A DNA stretch of 64,000 nucleotides from Lingula anatina (taxonomy: Eukaryota; Animalia; Brachiopoda): NCBI GenBank assembly GCA_051362555.1, contig CM120640.1:16182001-16246000 (forward strand). Reading direction: 5' to 3'. Under the pieces are notes generated by a model. It was not told the origin of the DNA and searched no databases. It saw only the letters and a program-made list of their open reading frames with translations. The position numbers and the translations under genes are program-made. Below, one piece after another: positions 51,230 to 64,000 of the stretch (its first letter is position 1; each line of letters starts with the position of its first letter).

Positions 51230-54200
51230 ATGTCGTGAGTACATTTATAATAATTTTTATGTACAGACACAGATGTGTCTGTACATATTGCCATCACCTG
51301 CGTCTGTCGTCGCCGATGCCGTCGCCGATGCCATCGCCGATGCCGATGCCGATGCCGGCGCCTTGCACTTTCCTTGTAAACACGATAAGTGGAGGGCAGT
51401 TTTACTTTTTGGCTTTATATTTACAGAGCTGATGAATATTCATAAAACGCAGGTCAAGTTCGAAAATCAGCATGATCGGGCCATTATTGTAGAAGTTATG
51501 CTGTTTTTTCACTTTTCAGCATATTTTTCACATTTCCTCAGATTCAATTCTTAGGCATGTTAACAGTCTCATTATTAAACTAATAAGATATGTAAAAGTT
51601 TTTGTTTGACATTTCCTGCATCTTTACAACATTGTTAGTTGATTTTGTAAAAATGATGGTTAATTTGTTATCGTGTATTGTGTAATTAAGTTTCAAAAAT
51701 GGAAATAAACTCATATCATTGCAGTTTGTCAGATTCAATCATTCACTATGTTCAGAATCTCAGAATGGAAGAAATTGGACATTTAACACTGCTCTATTGA
51801 TATTTTTCCCATCTCATGAATTTTCTTAGTTGATTATATAAAAATGGCAGTAAGCTGTTAATTTTGTTTTATGTTAAAAATTGTTAAAAATGGAAAAAAA
51901 AAGCATTTCAGAACAGTGCTGTCTTGTTTACATTTTGGCATTTTCAAGTTGTGACTTTGAAGTTCTACATGCTTGAAGACCCCTGCTAGTCACATTTTCT
52001 GAAAATCCATGATAGGTATATTTTATTATTAAAAATTGACGGTCATTATGCTGTTAACCAATATGTAATATTGCATCAGAATAGAAGAAAACAATTATGG
52101 GTGCTGCTGCCATGATGACCATTATGGGAAAACCATGTTACTTATGTTTGCCAAATGTTCAAAAAAAAAAAAAAAATGCAGGACTAAAATGCAGCCTGAG
52201 TTGGAAAAGTAGTCTTATTGGCTTCTTTTTCTGGAAGTTATACATTTTCAAAGTGTGAACTTGAACTCCCATGGGCCTGAAGCCTTATGCTTGTTACACG
52301 TTTTACTTACATTGGTATTACCTGTTGAGCATAATTAAAATTTGATGTTGAATTTGCAGTTTAACATAATGTACTTTTGCATCAGAATTGACAGTAGCCT
52401 ATTTTGTGCATAGCTATTTCCTGCTTTTTGTCTGTACATTTGACAGCTTTGCTGCCTTGTTAAGTTACTCGTTGAAACTGTTTAAATCCGTTGAAACTGT
52501 TTAAACCATGTCCCTACTATTTACCATGCTTTTTCCCCCCAACAGAACCATACGTGAAAGGATGCGGGCTCGCAGGAGAGCCTTGCAGGAGTCGTCTTCT
52601 TTGCTTGAAGATCAGGGAAGTGATGTTGAAGCAAGTCCAAGGAGAAACAGACGGGAAAAAGTAAGGGAGGACAGTATTTCTCTTGTAATCTTTTTCCAAG
52701 ATATTGGGTCATTTTGTTTCTCTTGAAAAATCAGTGGGTGCTCATTTTGTTTAAACTTGTTTAGCATTGAGATTCTGCCCTTCTTGCTAAATGCATGTAC
52801 ATAGAGTTATATATTTTTATTTCCATTTTAAGGATGAAGACATTGAAATGAGTTCATTGAACAAGTCAGAAGAAACTGTGGAGGTATGGTTATTTTCACA
52901 AATATAATAACATGTGATAATGTTTAATGTAGTGTAGAGCTTAATTTCAACTATCTACACATGATTTAAATACTGATCATTAGTCATTATGTGGAAATTA
53001 GTATGTTTATTGATTTCTCAGATGCTTGATGAAGTAAGAAATGCAGAGACTCTGATGGACAATTTGTCAAAAAGGAGAAAGGAGAAGCAAAGAGAGGTAG
53101 GTGTAGTCAGAATTGCATCAAGATTGTTTTAAATATATATCTTCTATGGTTTTAACAGTTTTTTGAAAAAATATTGACAAAGATTTTTTTTCATCTGTAT
53201 TGAAAAGGAAAAGAGAAAACTGGTGAATGCTGATGCTTTTTTCTCTTCCAATCAAATATTCTCATGCATATTTACCAGCTCTCTCGCACCCTGAAAACAG
53301 ATGAAGACGTGACCCGAGAACTTCACCAGGCCAAGAAAAAGAGCAAGGCCAAGATCAGCCAGTCTGTGCGCCAGGAGATGGAAGCTGAAGGAGAAATGAG
53401 TGTGGAGGATGAGATAGAGGAGCTAGGGGACGCTGAGGAGGAACCAGTGGAAGAACTGACCCATGGCGAGACTCCAAGGAGCTCTGCTGGTCCAAGTCCA
53501 AGAAGAGGTAAGATGGAACTGTAATCAGGAACCTCAGGTATAGTAACTGGGTCCTGGGGTTCCAAGTTGAATTTGATATATTGTTTAAGATTTTTTCTTG
53601 AATATTTGAATGGAGAGAGATGTGTTACAATAAAAGTGAACTTATATTAGGAGATGGGGAGGGACAGGCACAGCTATGTATATGAATTTCAGCTATTATT
53701 ATTATAGCCATTGTATATTGTGAATATTGTGACCACATTGATAGACCACTCTGTATTTCAGGCTTTGCTGATAGTGTCTCTGGCACTCCTGGAAAGAGTC
53801 CAAGATTGGATGCATCACTTTCGCTAAGAGAGAAACTAAGAAATAAAGTGCTCAAAGCAAGGGTAAGGAAATCATTATTTTTCACACAGGCAAAAAGAGG
53901 GCAAAGTCTCCTTTATCTTACATTTCAAACTTCTAGGCACAAGTATGAGGAAACTATTCCTTAAATTGTAATAGTATTGCCATTAAATGACAGAAAGATA
54001 TTTCCTTTTCCTACGGTTGTCTATTAATAAACATTTTCTAGCACAATGAAAAAAGATTATTTCCTTACTAAATTACTATGAGATTATTTTTAAAAGTTGA
54101 ATATGCTTTAAACTAAAATGTGCTAAATTTTCTTGATCTACAGGAACAGGGAGAGTCTGAGGCTTTAGAAGATAGGCCAGGCCGTAGATTGAAAGGTTTA

Positions 54201-55704
54201 CGTGGAAAACCTCTGGCTGGCACCAGGTTTGATGACCCATCTCTGGTAAGTTGTATTCTTGCTTGATTAATACCTTTGACTGCAGGATGTATGTTAATAC
54301 ATAATATATATGAGCACAAGTTTTAATACTTTGAAATAAGATAAGGTGCTAAAAACTGTTGAATTATACTTTGTATTTATTTATTTTTTATTTATTTATT
54401 TTTTTTTTTTTTCGTACATGCAAAACAATTTGATTTTAGACCTAGCAACAAAAATGGATTTGCGAGCAAAGTTGATTACTGGAAAGTTAAAAATTCTGTT
54501 TTCTGAAAGAGCAAGAACATGGTGTAACACGTTTTCAATTATAATTTTGAGAACTCCCATTTTAGGTGGGTAAAGAGGAACAAGAGGCGGAGGCACAGTT
54601 GGAAAAGTCACGCCAGGCAAGGGAGAAGTGGAAGAAAGCTGGACAGGAAGTTCATAAGGTATGTTACTTTCCCATTGCAAAAAAAATGAAAACAAATAAT
54701 TTAAAATAGGATCATTGCATTGCCATTTGCAAAAAAAGCCAAAGCTTAAGCTATTCAATTTCTAAACATTAATGTAATTTTAAACCTTTATTGCTGTTAA
54801 CTGCTTAAGCTATTCAATTTCAAAACATTAATGTAATTTCAAACCTTTATGGCTGTTAACTGTTAATTTTTTCTTTTAGTTTAAATATCACTCACATTTT
54901 TATTTATTCAAACTTCCAATAATATATGCTGCTTGATATAATTTTAATTTCTCAAACTTTTTTCTTTTTGCCTTTTGCTTTGTTTTATTTGCTTTACAAG
55001 TGCTTTGCAATTTGCTTCCACTTTGATTTTAGAGTGAAAAGCCAGCTTATATGTTGAAGGTAAAATGGATAGTTTTTCATTTTGTTCCCAGCACCCATGG
55101 TCCCAGATCCAAACCCTGCACTACTATCTTTTCATTTATATTTCGCATACTTGCATCTATCAGCATGGGACAAGTAGTGAAGTGTGCTTGAATTAGAAAT
55201 CAATGAAGTCACCATTTTGAGGAAGTGTGTGAATGTGTTACCTGGTACCTGGTTATTGTAAAACACATGTTATTAAATAACCCTGCCTTTTCCATCCTTG
55301 TGTTTAAATTAAGATTGCATTATTTGTGTTAGAAAAAATGAGAGGTATTGCTTTGAATGAATCACACAGCACATCCCAACCTATTAGAATTTTTCAGAGC
55401 ACCAGAGTGTAAAATTTGGTCTTGATGGTCACCCAGGGATTGTTTGTATAATTATGATTAATGTATAAAATATTTGTTACAATTTTTACTAAAACAAATT
55501 TGGTTGAACCTAGATTGATATTTGTTTTGTAATTCTTGCCTAGTAACAGTGAATCTAGTGCTTTTTAAATCTTAATTGTTGCCTGTAGAACATGGTATAT
55601 GTTTAATATGTCCATTTGTTGGTCCAGATGAAAGAGATTTATTGAGAGTATATTAAAAGAGAAGTGTATCATGATTATGGTGATACTATTGCTATAAACA
55701 TCAG

Positions 55705-55789
<85 letters not shown>

Positions 55790-56616
55790 CCTTAAGTGTT
55801 GTCTGCTTAGTTAATGAAATTTTTATCTCTTTGTAGTCCCTGTATCCTACTGTAGATGAAGCTTATGACTTCTTCACAAGGAATTGGGATCCTGAGCCAG
55901 AAGAAGTGAAGCGCCCTCTACCCACACCCAGAGAACCCACTGAAGGGGAGGCTGCTGAAGGAGAGGAAGAGGCTCAGCAGGTTGGAAAAGACAGAGTGGA
56001 AAGATGGTGGTTCATGTAACAATTGTGTGATTAGATGGATAATAAATGAAGTAATAACTATGAAAGTTTTCTTTTTTATAATGTGGTAATTTTGCACTGA
56101 AAAGTCAGAATATCTTAAATATGTAACTACATACTTTACTTACAGGCAGGATATCAACTTCTTCAGCTAGGTATTTATTGCATGTTCCATTTTTTTTTAG
56201 CCTGCAGAAGTTGCAGAAGAGCCACAAGAATCTTCAGAAGGTGCGATGATTGGTAACAATTGACAAAAATTATGAGAGAAAACCAAAAATAAAGATAAAA
56301 ACAAATAAAGTGATATAAAAAGAGATTGTGTCATAAATAGAAAACTATATAAAACTTTCTTTGAAAAGCTTGTGTTGAATGTCAACTTGTTTACCTTCAA
56401 AATAATCTACCTTTGACTTTTAGAAAAAGCATTGCTTGAAGACTATGATGATACAGGAAGGAACATTGTGATAGTCAGTGCAGAGTATGTTCCCCACCAA
56501 GAAAAGATTCAGAAAGAAGAAGCTATTTATTTTGTACCCTCTATTATCCCAAGTATGTGAATTTGTACATCTTTTAAAAATGTAAACATTATTTATTTAT
56601 TTATTAATTTATTAAT

Positions 56617-56651
<35 letters not shown>

Positions 56652-59600
56652 TTACATATTATCACATCGGTGATTTTGAAAATATTCAAAGTGATATTTA
56701 AGGAAATGGTAAATAAAAAACCTATGTTATCTGTACATCAAAATCTGCAACAAAGAAATGTTTTTGCTAATGCAGATTTCCCATTCTAGTTCCCCCAGCA
56801 GAAAAGATGGGTGACAGCGCTGAGCCAAGGTACCTTGAAGAGGAAGGTCTCTATGTTGGAACCCGCCCAGCTGTAGCCATAACAAACCAGAACAAGATGG
56901 AACACAGACTTCTGAGGGAGCCGGGAAAAGTAAGAGATGGTTTCATCTGTCATTGATTTTCATCAATTTGAACAATGGCAAAAGCTCCATTCTTTGTCAT
57001 GAAGGATCACTAGGCATTATGGACTCTGATCTTTGGCCACTTTTGCTAGATTTCATTCATTATCACAAAGTTCTCAGTTTCCATAATGGTTCTGTCAATG
57101 AAATAACACCTATCTTAAGTCTTGCACTGTCTCGCACCTCAATAGCTTGTGTTAAATTTGATGGAACAGATAGTATTTAAAGTTTTTTAATTATTGTAAA
57201 CATTTCATAAAATGTGCTAGAAGTATTTTTGTACCCATAATTTTAATCTCTGAGAGTAAAGACTAATATTATAACATTTTTACAGGGTAGTAGATGGTTT
57301 GGTGAAGACGGGAAGATAATTGCTCTCCCCAACCCCATCAAGGAAACTCCTTCACGTCCCCATGTTCCTGAAGACATCCCCTACATGTTACAGACAGATT
57401 ACAGAAAGGTAGATGTGACTGCAGTCTGCAGCAGACAACTTTTAGAAATTTGAACTTTAAAATTTCAGTTGATATTTTCTTCAAATTTTATGGAAAGATA
57501 TTCTGCTCTTCTCTTTTATTTTGAAAAAAAAAAAAAGGTTTTTTTTAAGCAACAAATTTGGCCATAGATAACATGTTTAAAGTTGTTTATTAAGTTCATA
57601 TGCTTTATATATTTATGCAGGATGTTCAGGGTACAAACCTGTTTCATTGACAAAATTATAGCACCAAGTCAATGTATCTGGAGAGTGAAGGTCTGCTTTT
57701 TGTCACTTGGACTGTTGTCTTTTGCCTGTCTGACTGCTTTTTGTAACAAAGTCCATATCATTGTAGGCAATAACCAAAGAATTTGACAGTCGGTACATTG
57801 ATGGTTCTATAGAGGGCAAAGGCCGTTATCAGCTAGATGTGGATGTGAACACCCTGACCTTGATACACCATCACTTGTTCAGCAGAGAGCATGTGCTGGC
57901 CACACGGCTAACTCAGCTCTACACTCAGTATATTGGAAGAACAAAGAAAAACATAGTGGATTACTTGACTGAAAAGGTAAAGGAGACTGCAGGGTTTTGA
58001 ACACTAAGGTGTACATTGTATGTAATAAAGAACACATTAAGTAGTTGGAAGCTGTAAGGTTTGTACTTCTATAAGGCCACCATGTCACTTTTATGTTACT
58101 CAAAAATGCTGCAAAAATACATGCCTTTATTTATAGTATTTTATGTAGCCTGTCAAAATAAAGTACCGAATCCAACAGGAAAAGGGAAATGTTCATCCTT
58201 TACTTTTCAATGTGTTTTATTTACTTTTAGTTAAGAGCTTTAAAGGGGGCAGCTGCACATCTTGAAGAAAACATACTGAACCTCAAGGTGAGAAATGTGC
58301 TAAGATCATTGTCAATCCATCACAGATATGTAGGTTGCAGCAATGTCACTCACCATCATGGCATTAGGTGTAGCTTTTGGAATTTGTACATATTTTGGAA
58401 TAAAATCTTTCACTGATGAGTGTTAAATAAAATCAGCTGTTGGTTAATTTGACAATGTGCATAATCAAAATGGAAAAGTTTTGCTGATACCAGTTTCTGT
58501 TCTGGGTTTTCAGTCTTTGATAAGTATCAGTAAGACATATTTGATTAACTTGCTGTCTAGAATGAACGTTTTTGCCAATATTTAATGGGATTAGATAATC
58601 ATATAAGATTTTTTTCAGGACAAAAATTCAAATGTGAATATTTCGGACCTGGAACAAAGATTACAGGACTACAGATATGAGATCAAGTATGTTCAAATGC
58701 AGCTTAAATCCCAAAAATGAATTAAATGGATTTATAAAATACTTAGTTCATATTGATGATAGTGTTAATTCTGTTTAAAAAAAAATTGATGAAGTTAACA
58801 AGTGTATGAAATGCTCAATTATTTAAGAACAACCCTAATTTTTATGTTGTTTTGATGTCTTTTTTTTTTTTTCAAGAAATAAAACCTTTTGAAGAAAGAT
58901 AATTATGATGATGATGATGATAGTGTAAAAATTTGACACAAAATAGTGAGGTTGGGGCACATTGCTATCAAAACCAAATCTAATTGTTCTATGTGTTCCT
59001 TGCAGGCAGACCAGAAACTTAAGAGATACAGAGCAGCACTCGGACAGAGCCTTGCTGAAGAGCATAATCCGCACTTGGCAGGAGATTAAGTCACTCAGAC
59101 AGCTACAGAACTTCACTAATACAAGTGTCAAGTTGAGGATTAAAAAGTGAGCTAACAATCACCCTATTTTGTTCTAGGCAGATTTTGATAAAATTATTAG
59201 GATAAGTCAGAAAGAGGCTAACTAAATTCAGTTAAATTTTGGTGGAGGTTTTTCTTTCAATCAATTAAGAAGGAACAATAAATCTGATACTGGAGGGTCA
59301 CTTCCAGTAGATGTTATGAGCTCTGACATTCTGTCTATATCCCATAGATTTTACCAGATTTGCTTTTCATTTTTTGTTATTTATGTGAAATATCTTTATT
59401 TATTCAACTTTCCAGGGAGGAGGTTAACAGAACAGAAGATGAGGAACAGTGGAGGCGCGACATGGAGGAGGAGGTGCAGGAGTTGAAGGAGGAGAAGAGC
59501 AGAGAGCATGACGAGAAACTGGCTCTGTACCAGAAACAGTTGGAGGCATTCAAACAGCAGCAGAAAGCCAAGGTAAGAACTGGAGGGTGGAACTGAGAGA

Positions 59601-61398
59601 GAGAGAGGATGGGGGGAAGGTTGCATGATAGTATTTTCTTTAGTATTGTAGTTATATACAGAATGATATTTTCTCATATTGGTAAATTTGTATTTTGTTA
59701 TTTAGAAAGAAGCTGCCCGTAGGAAGAAATTGCGATTAAAAAGAGTGGCAAGAGCTGAACAAGACCAGGATGAAAATGAAGCAGAAACTTTTGTAAGGAC
59801 TAAATTGAATGAAACGCTTTTCTAAATAAAAGTGTGAATATTTCTGTACTCCATTTTATTCACCTGTACAGACATCATGACTTTTTTGTTTTGTCCCAGA
59901 AGGGATCATCCATTTTACTTTTCTAAATGGTTTTGATATAAACAAAACACATGACACTTCAAAGTTTTAAGAGAAGTTTTGACACAGTAAGATTAGATAA
60001 TTGTCATTCATTTATTATTTTTGACACCATAGGAGCAAGCCAATAAAGATGATGAAATCCTTGCCCAGGAAAATTTAACCAAGCCAGAGAAACCAGCCAA
60101 AGTAACAGAGGCCAATATTAGGGAAATAGTCAAGGAGAAGGCAATAAGAAATAAAAGAAGTCCTGGTAAATATTGATATATGCATATTGGACCAAGTTTC
60201 TTCATTTATTGGTTGCTCATTTTTGCATCTTCTGTTACAGTCTGCAACTTGAACGAATCCTGGACCCAAAATCAAATGCTAGTAAAATTGAAATTGGACC
60301 AGTAAAAAGTTGTTTTGTTCAGTTTTTTTGACACTGTTTCTGCTTTAGATTTGTAGATTTTTAGATCTTGAAAGGCCAGTATAAACAGGTTTTGGCACAG
60401 ATTGTCATCATAGATCATCTACATAAATGGTCACATGGGTGCCTGCTTACACTGTGACATATCTTGAATAATTCACTGTGTTACATAGAGATGTCTTTAT
60501 TATCTATCCAAGATCTTTTGCTGTTTGCATAGTAATTTAGTGTGCTTTTTGATGGGTTGGGGGTGAGGGAGGATTGCCGCCAAAAACTTATCAAGTTGTT
60601 GAATAAATACATCTAGGTATATGGATGGTATTTTACAATTTTCAGGAGAACCAAAATTGTATCCAGAACTTACCAATACAGCCACCATTACCCCAACAAA
60701 CCAAGTGCCAAGGTAGGATTTACTGATGATGTTTGATTTCATTGTATTGATATATGTTTTTATTTTTCATTTTCAATTTTTTCTATTGTTTTTCTATTGT
60801 TAATTTTTTTTATATTTATAGAAACATAACAGTTGTGTCTAAATCAAACTTTTGTGTAGTTATTACATTTATCAAATCTATTACATTTTGTATAAACATC
60901 TCTATGAAGTCTACAACATCTTGTGTAAATATATTGTTTATCTTTCTGCTAGAAACAAAGAGCATTTTTAGTAAGATAATAATGCATCTGTTTGTATTCC
61001 TTAGAGCTGAGCAACAGAGGAGAGAAGATCTTGGAAAGTATAAGATGTTTGTCAAGGTGCTATTTAACAACAAGGAGGTCTCAAGGACTCATGTCAGGTA
61101 AACTTGGCTACTGTGCATATATTTTAATATCTGTTTTTTGAAGTAGATTTTCTTTCAATAGATGGTTTCTGTGACTCGCCCCTTCTCTCATGGGAACTAT
61201 CAATGACCTACAGATGTCCAGAAGTATTATTTGATATTTGTGTGTGAATATATAATGTAATATCTTACACATATGATGTATTGTAGTCATGTTATTTTTC
61301 CTGTATGATCCCGTTTTAAGATTGTCATTGAAGTGGATATAAAATATCGACATTTTTTTTTTTCTTTCATAATATTGAAATGTAACCTTGCAATTGAG

Positions 61399-61451
<53 letters not shown>

Positions 61452-64000
61452 TCAGGCCTCTCAATCAGGAGTTTAGGGTTAGTTTTGCCCAGATCTTCAA
61501 CATTCAGATCATGCAGTGGCCGCAGTCAGTAAGGCTACAGGTAAAGCAAACCTTATGGATTAACAAGACAGGTGCACAGATGATTATTGAAAATAAAAGA
61601 AGATACGTGTTAGTAATGTTCACTGAATGCAATTTTATTATTTTGTAGTATTGTATGCAGAGGGCTTTATTGAATTTTTTAAAATTATTTCTTTTACCTT
61701 TTTGAAAAACATTTCTTATTTTGCCAAGTTGTTGTATTGTCCTCTCAGGTATTTGAAAGTGTAGGCCTGTCAAACAGCATGCTGGCAGAGATCTATGCAG
61801 CTGTTCCAGAGGCCACTGTGACAGCTGACACAGTACAACTGGAAGAGATGGAGTTCAGCAGTGACATCACTGTCACACATGTCCATGAGGGTGTTGGAAG
61901 TGGTGAGTACACCGAGTCTGAGTCACACATTCATATTGTTACACTAATTTCATTTATTTTTATTTATATTACACTTTTATATACATCACTCATAGTTTAG
62001 ATTACAACACTCACAAAAGTGAGCTTCAACTTTGTTTTGCCCAGATTTTCATCATTGTATGATATTTTGGATGGTTGCTTATACATATTCAGGAAGGTAA
62101 GTGACTTTAAAAAATCTCTTTAAGGTAATTAATAAATAAATAAAAGAAAATTATTGCTAGTAGTAACTCTCTGTAGTATGTATTCCTGAAATAAAAACAT
62201 ATTTTTTTCCAATCTTGCCAGGTATTCCATTCAGTTTTACAGCAGATGGCAGCAACCCCCAGTCTCTGATGACCACTGGGATCCTCCTGATGTCTGTGTC
62301 CTGGGGAGTGGACACCAATGGACTGCCCCTAGTACCACCCACTAGTAGTAATGTCAACCAAGCGTTCAGGTGAGTGGATATCTAGACTTAGATATATACG
62401 GTCAAGGTACCAGGCCCAAATGATTTTTCTGTACAGATTTTTTTATGGAATGATGGATGAGAGAAAATGAAATAGTGAATTTTTTTTTCTTTTTTTTAGT
62501 TTAAGTAATGTGTCATATATATATACAATCTAGCAAAGTGATATCAATTTTTTAATGATACGTGAGGGAATCATTTTAATCTGGGGATATTTTCTCTGTT
62601 TCAGTGCAATGAAAGGTCTAGATGCTGTGGCAGCTATAGGAGCCTCAGCTATGGTAGACATGGAGAAGCTGTCCAAGTGGATAGCAGAGTCAAGGCTTGA
62701 CCCCAATGACCCCAGCAATGCTGACCTAGTCTACATGATGAAGGTAATGATATGGAATGGGTCGACATATCTATTCATGTTTATGAATAGAGTGAGGGCA
62801 GTGCACAAATAAACCCTTTTTATTACCTGAAGCTATTTATCCAGGCTATTTATGGTATTTTGCAACCAATATATTAATGTAGATTTATAATAATGCTTAT
62901 GAAAACAATCACTGATGACAGCAGTGCATAGATAAACCATTGATAGTATTTTACTTTTTATTATCTAAGCTTTGTATCTAGTCTGTGTAATCACATACTT
63001 TCTAAAGCATTTTAACACACATTATTACGTCTTTCCCAGCCCATGAAAGATGGCACTGGACTGCAGATGCCGTCTTATTTTCGCTTGGAGCACCTTCAAG
63101 AAGAGTTCAACTTCACCACAGATGAAGAACTGGACATGCATCGCAGGTTCCGTCTGATCAGGCTGCGTGAAGAGGAAGTTCCACTGTTCAAAAACAAACA
63201 AATCCCTGCACTGGAAAAAGACATTCCACAGGATGCATTTCTTGTAAGTGGACGAGATATAGATAGACAGATACATTCTAACAATATATTTTGTTGTCAA
63301 AAGGAAAAAGATTAAGAATACTATTGTAGATTATGATTTTGGATTTGTAGGAGTGATGAAATTCCATTGCAATTTACTAATCACAATTACTTTATTTTTT
63401 TACTAGGAATATGAGAAGAAAGAAAAAGAGAAGGAGCAGTTGAGGGAGGACAAAGACATAGAATCTCATAGAGCTGCAGTTGCACAGTTCATGCAGAGGG
63501 TAACATTACACGTTATTCTTATTCACACTATGTAATTTTCAAGACATATAATTCTTTTCAAGTAGACAAAGAAAGGTCTTAATTTGGCTGTGAAATTTAG
63601 AGTTCTATTTTGTCATTCTGCAGGTGAGAGAGCAAGTCCTGCAGAGGTTCAGACTGGCAGCACATCAGAAGTCATTTCATGATGTTGTCTTTGAGGAGGA
63701 GGTGCCAAATATAGGGTAACTATAGAAACTGCCCATTAAAACAATAAGATTTGTAGACCGAATGGATATTTCTGTACATTTGTGCATATGTTAAAATGGC
63801 ATATGCTACATGTTACATTGTTGAACATTTATTTTGTATATTCTTGCATAAAAGTGCTCTGTAGAAGTATACAGAGCTAAGAATAAATAGATAAACTAAT
63901 TAATACAATACAAACAAATTAACGAAATGAATTGCTACTTCAAGAAAATTTTTAATATTTATTTATTTTACCTTAAGGACCCTGGCCATCAACCTCCAGC
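51230..64000 (+). CDS. CC2D2A: Coiled-coil and C2 domain-containing protein 2A (MKS6), 5' portion, truncated by the window end
   Basis: Exons: 51230-51234 (ATG TC|gtgagt), 52546-52660, 52833-52883, 53022-53096, 53279-53507, 53762-53862, 54144-54245, 54566-54658, (55033-55059), 55837-55980, 56201-56240, 56424-56552, 56790-56929, 57286-57408, 57767-57976, 58231-58287, 58619-58686, 59006-59146, 59416-59572, 59706-59792, 60033-60165, 60646-60712, 61005-61097, 61456-61540, 61749-61902, 62222-62369, 62605-62743, 63040-63243, 63407-63499, 63624-63715, 63978-64000. Motifs recalled from CC2D2A: [53 protein letters not shown]...[39 protein letters not shown]. The extreme N-terminal exons are less certain. 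Confidence 0.93.
51254..52461 (+). mobile_element. Non-autonomous Helentron/HINE (DINE-1-like) element in CC2D2A intron 1
   Basis: 5' TTTTT, then a 14-bp hairpin tatgtacagacaca-ga-tgtgtctgtacata (51258-51287) and a GC-rich microsatellite-like tract (51301-51360). At the far end, a 3' subterminal inverted repeat tgtctgtacat (52429-52439, reverse complement of 51259-51269), a short palindrome cagc-ttt-gctg (52444-52454) and terminal CTTGTT. This is the known subTIR/IR/microsatellite/subTIR/stem-loop layout of HINEs. Confidence 0.8.
54744..54862. repeat. Tandem duplication, 2 copies of about 59 bp
   Basis: gcttaagctattcaatttc(t/a)aaacattaatgtaattt..aaacctttat(t/g)gctgttaactg occurs twice in tandem with about 3 differences. 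Confidence 0.9.
55711..55788. repeat. (GT)n microsatellite, about 39 units
   Basis: Directly visible about 50 nt upstream of the CC2D2A acceptor at 55837. Confidence 0.98.
56589..56653. repeat. Imperfect (TTTA)n microsatellite
   Basis: Directly visible in a CC2D2A intron. Confidence 0.85.
61402..61449. repeat. (TAT)n microsatellite
   Basis: Directly visible, immediately before the CC2D2A acceptor at 61456. Confidence 0.95.

Noticed and set aside
51100-51230. Search for an RFX X-box in the CC2D2A promoter
   Set aside because: The best candidates had several mismatches to the X-box consensus.
51235-51554. ORFs with PMPSPMP or ADADAD repeats
   Set aside because: They come from the microsatellite inside the HINE-like element.

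Overview
AT-rich eukaryotic (animal) genomic DNA, probably a lophotrochozoan such as a mollusc. That placement is inferred from the protein sequences and repeat types and is not certain. Four intron-containing genes can be spliced by hand with GT-AG junctions and consistent phases: NUP35/Nup53 (+, 12334-17139), ARHGAP39/Vilse (-, 46944-19731), GID8/TWA1 (+, 48525-49932) and the 5' part of the ciliary transition-zone gene CC2D2A/MKS6 (+, from 51230, running off the right edge). The first 11.7 kb has no recognisable coding exon and may be the first intron(s) of a minus-strand gene divergent from NUP35. Most short ORFs in the track are chance ORFs, antisense shadows or microsatellite read-throughs. 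Best second-look items: (1) a complete non-autonomous Helentron/HINE-like element filling about 92% of CC2D2A intron 1; (2) a 27-nt symmetric CC2D2A microexon with a UGC-rich upstream tract; (3) several in-frame candidate alternative exons that would add to, remove or space the ARHGAP39 WW domains; (4) an RSDS repeat array and a PPxY motif in the 1.85-kb ARHGAP39 exon. I see no evidence for a wholly new multi-gene system, and no prokaryotic features, CRISPR, rRNA or tRNA.
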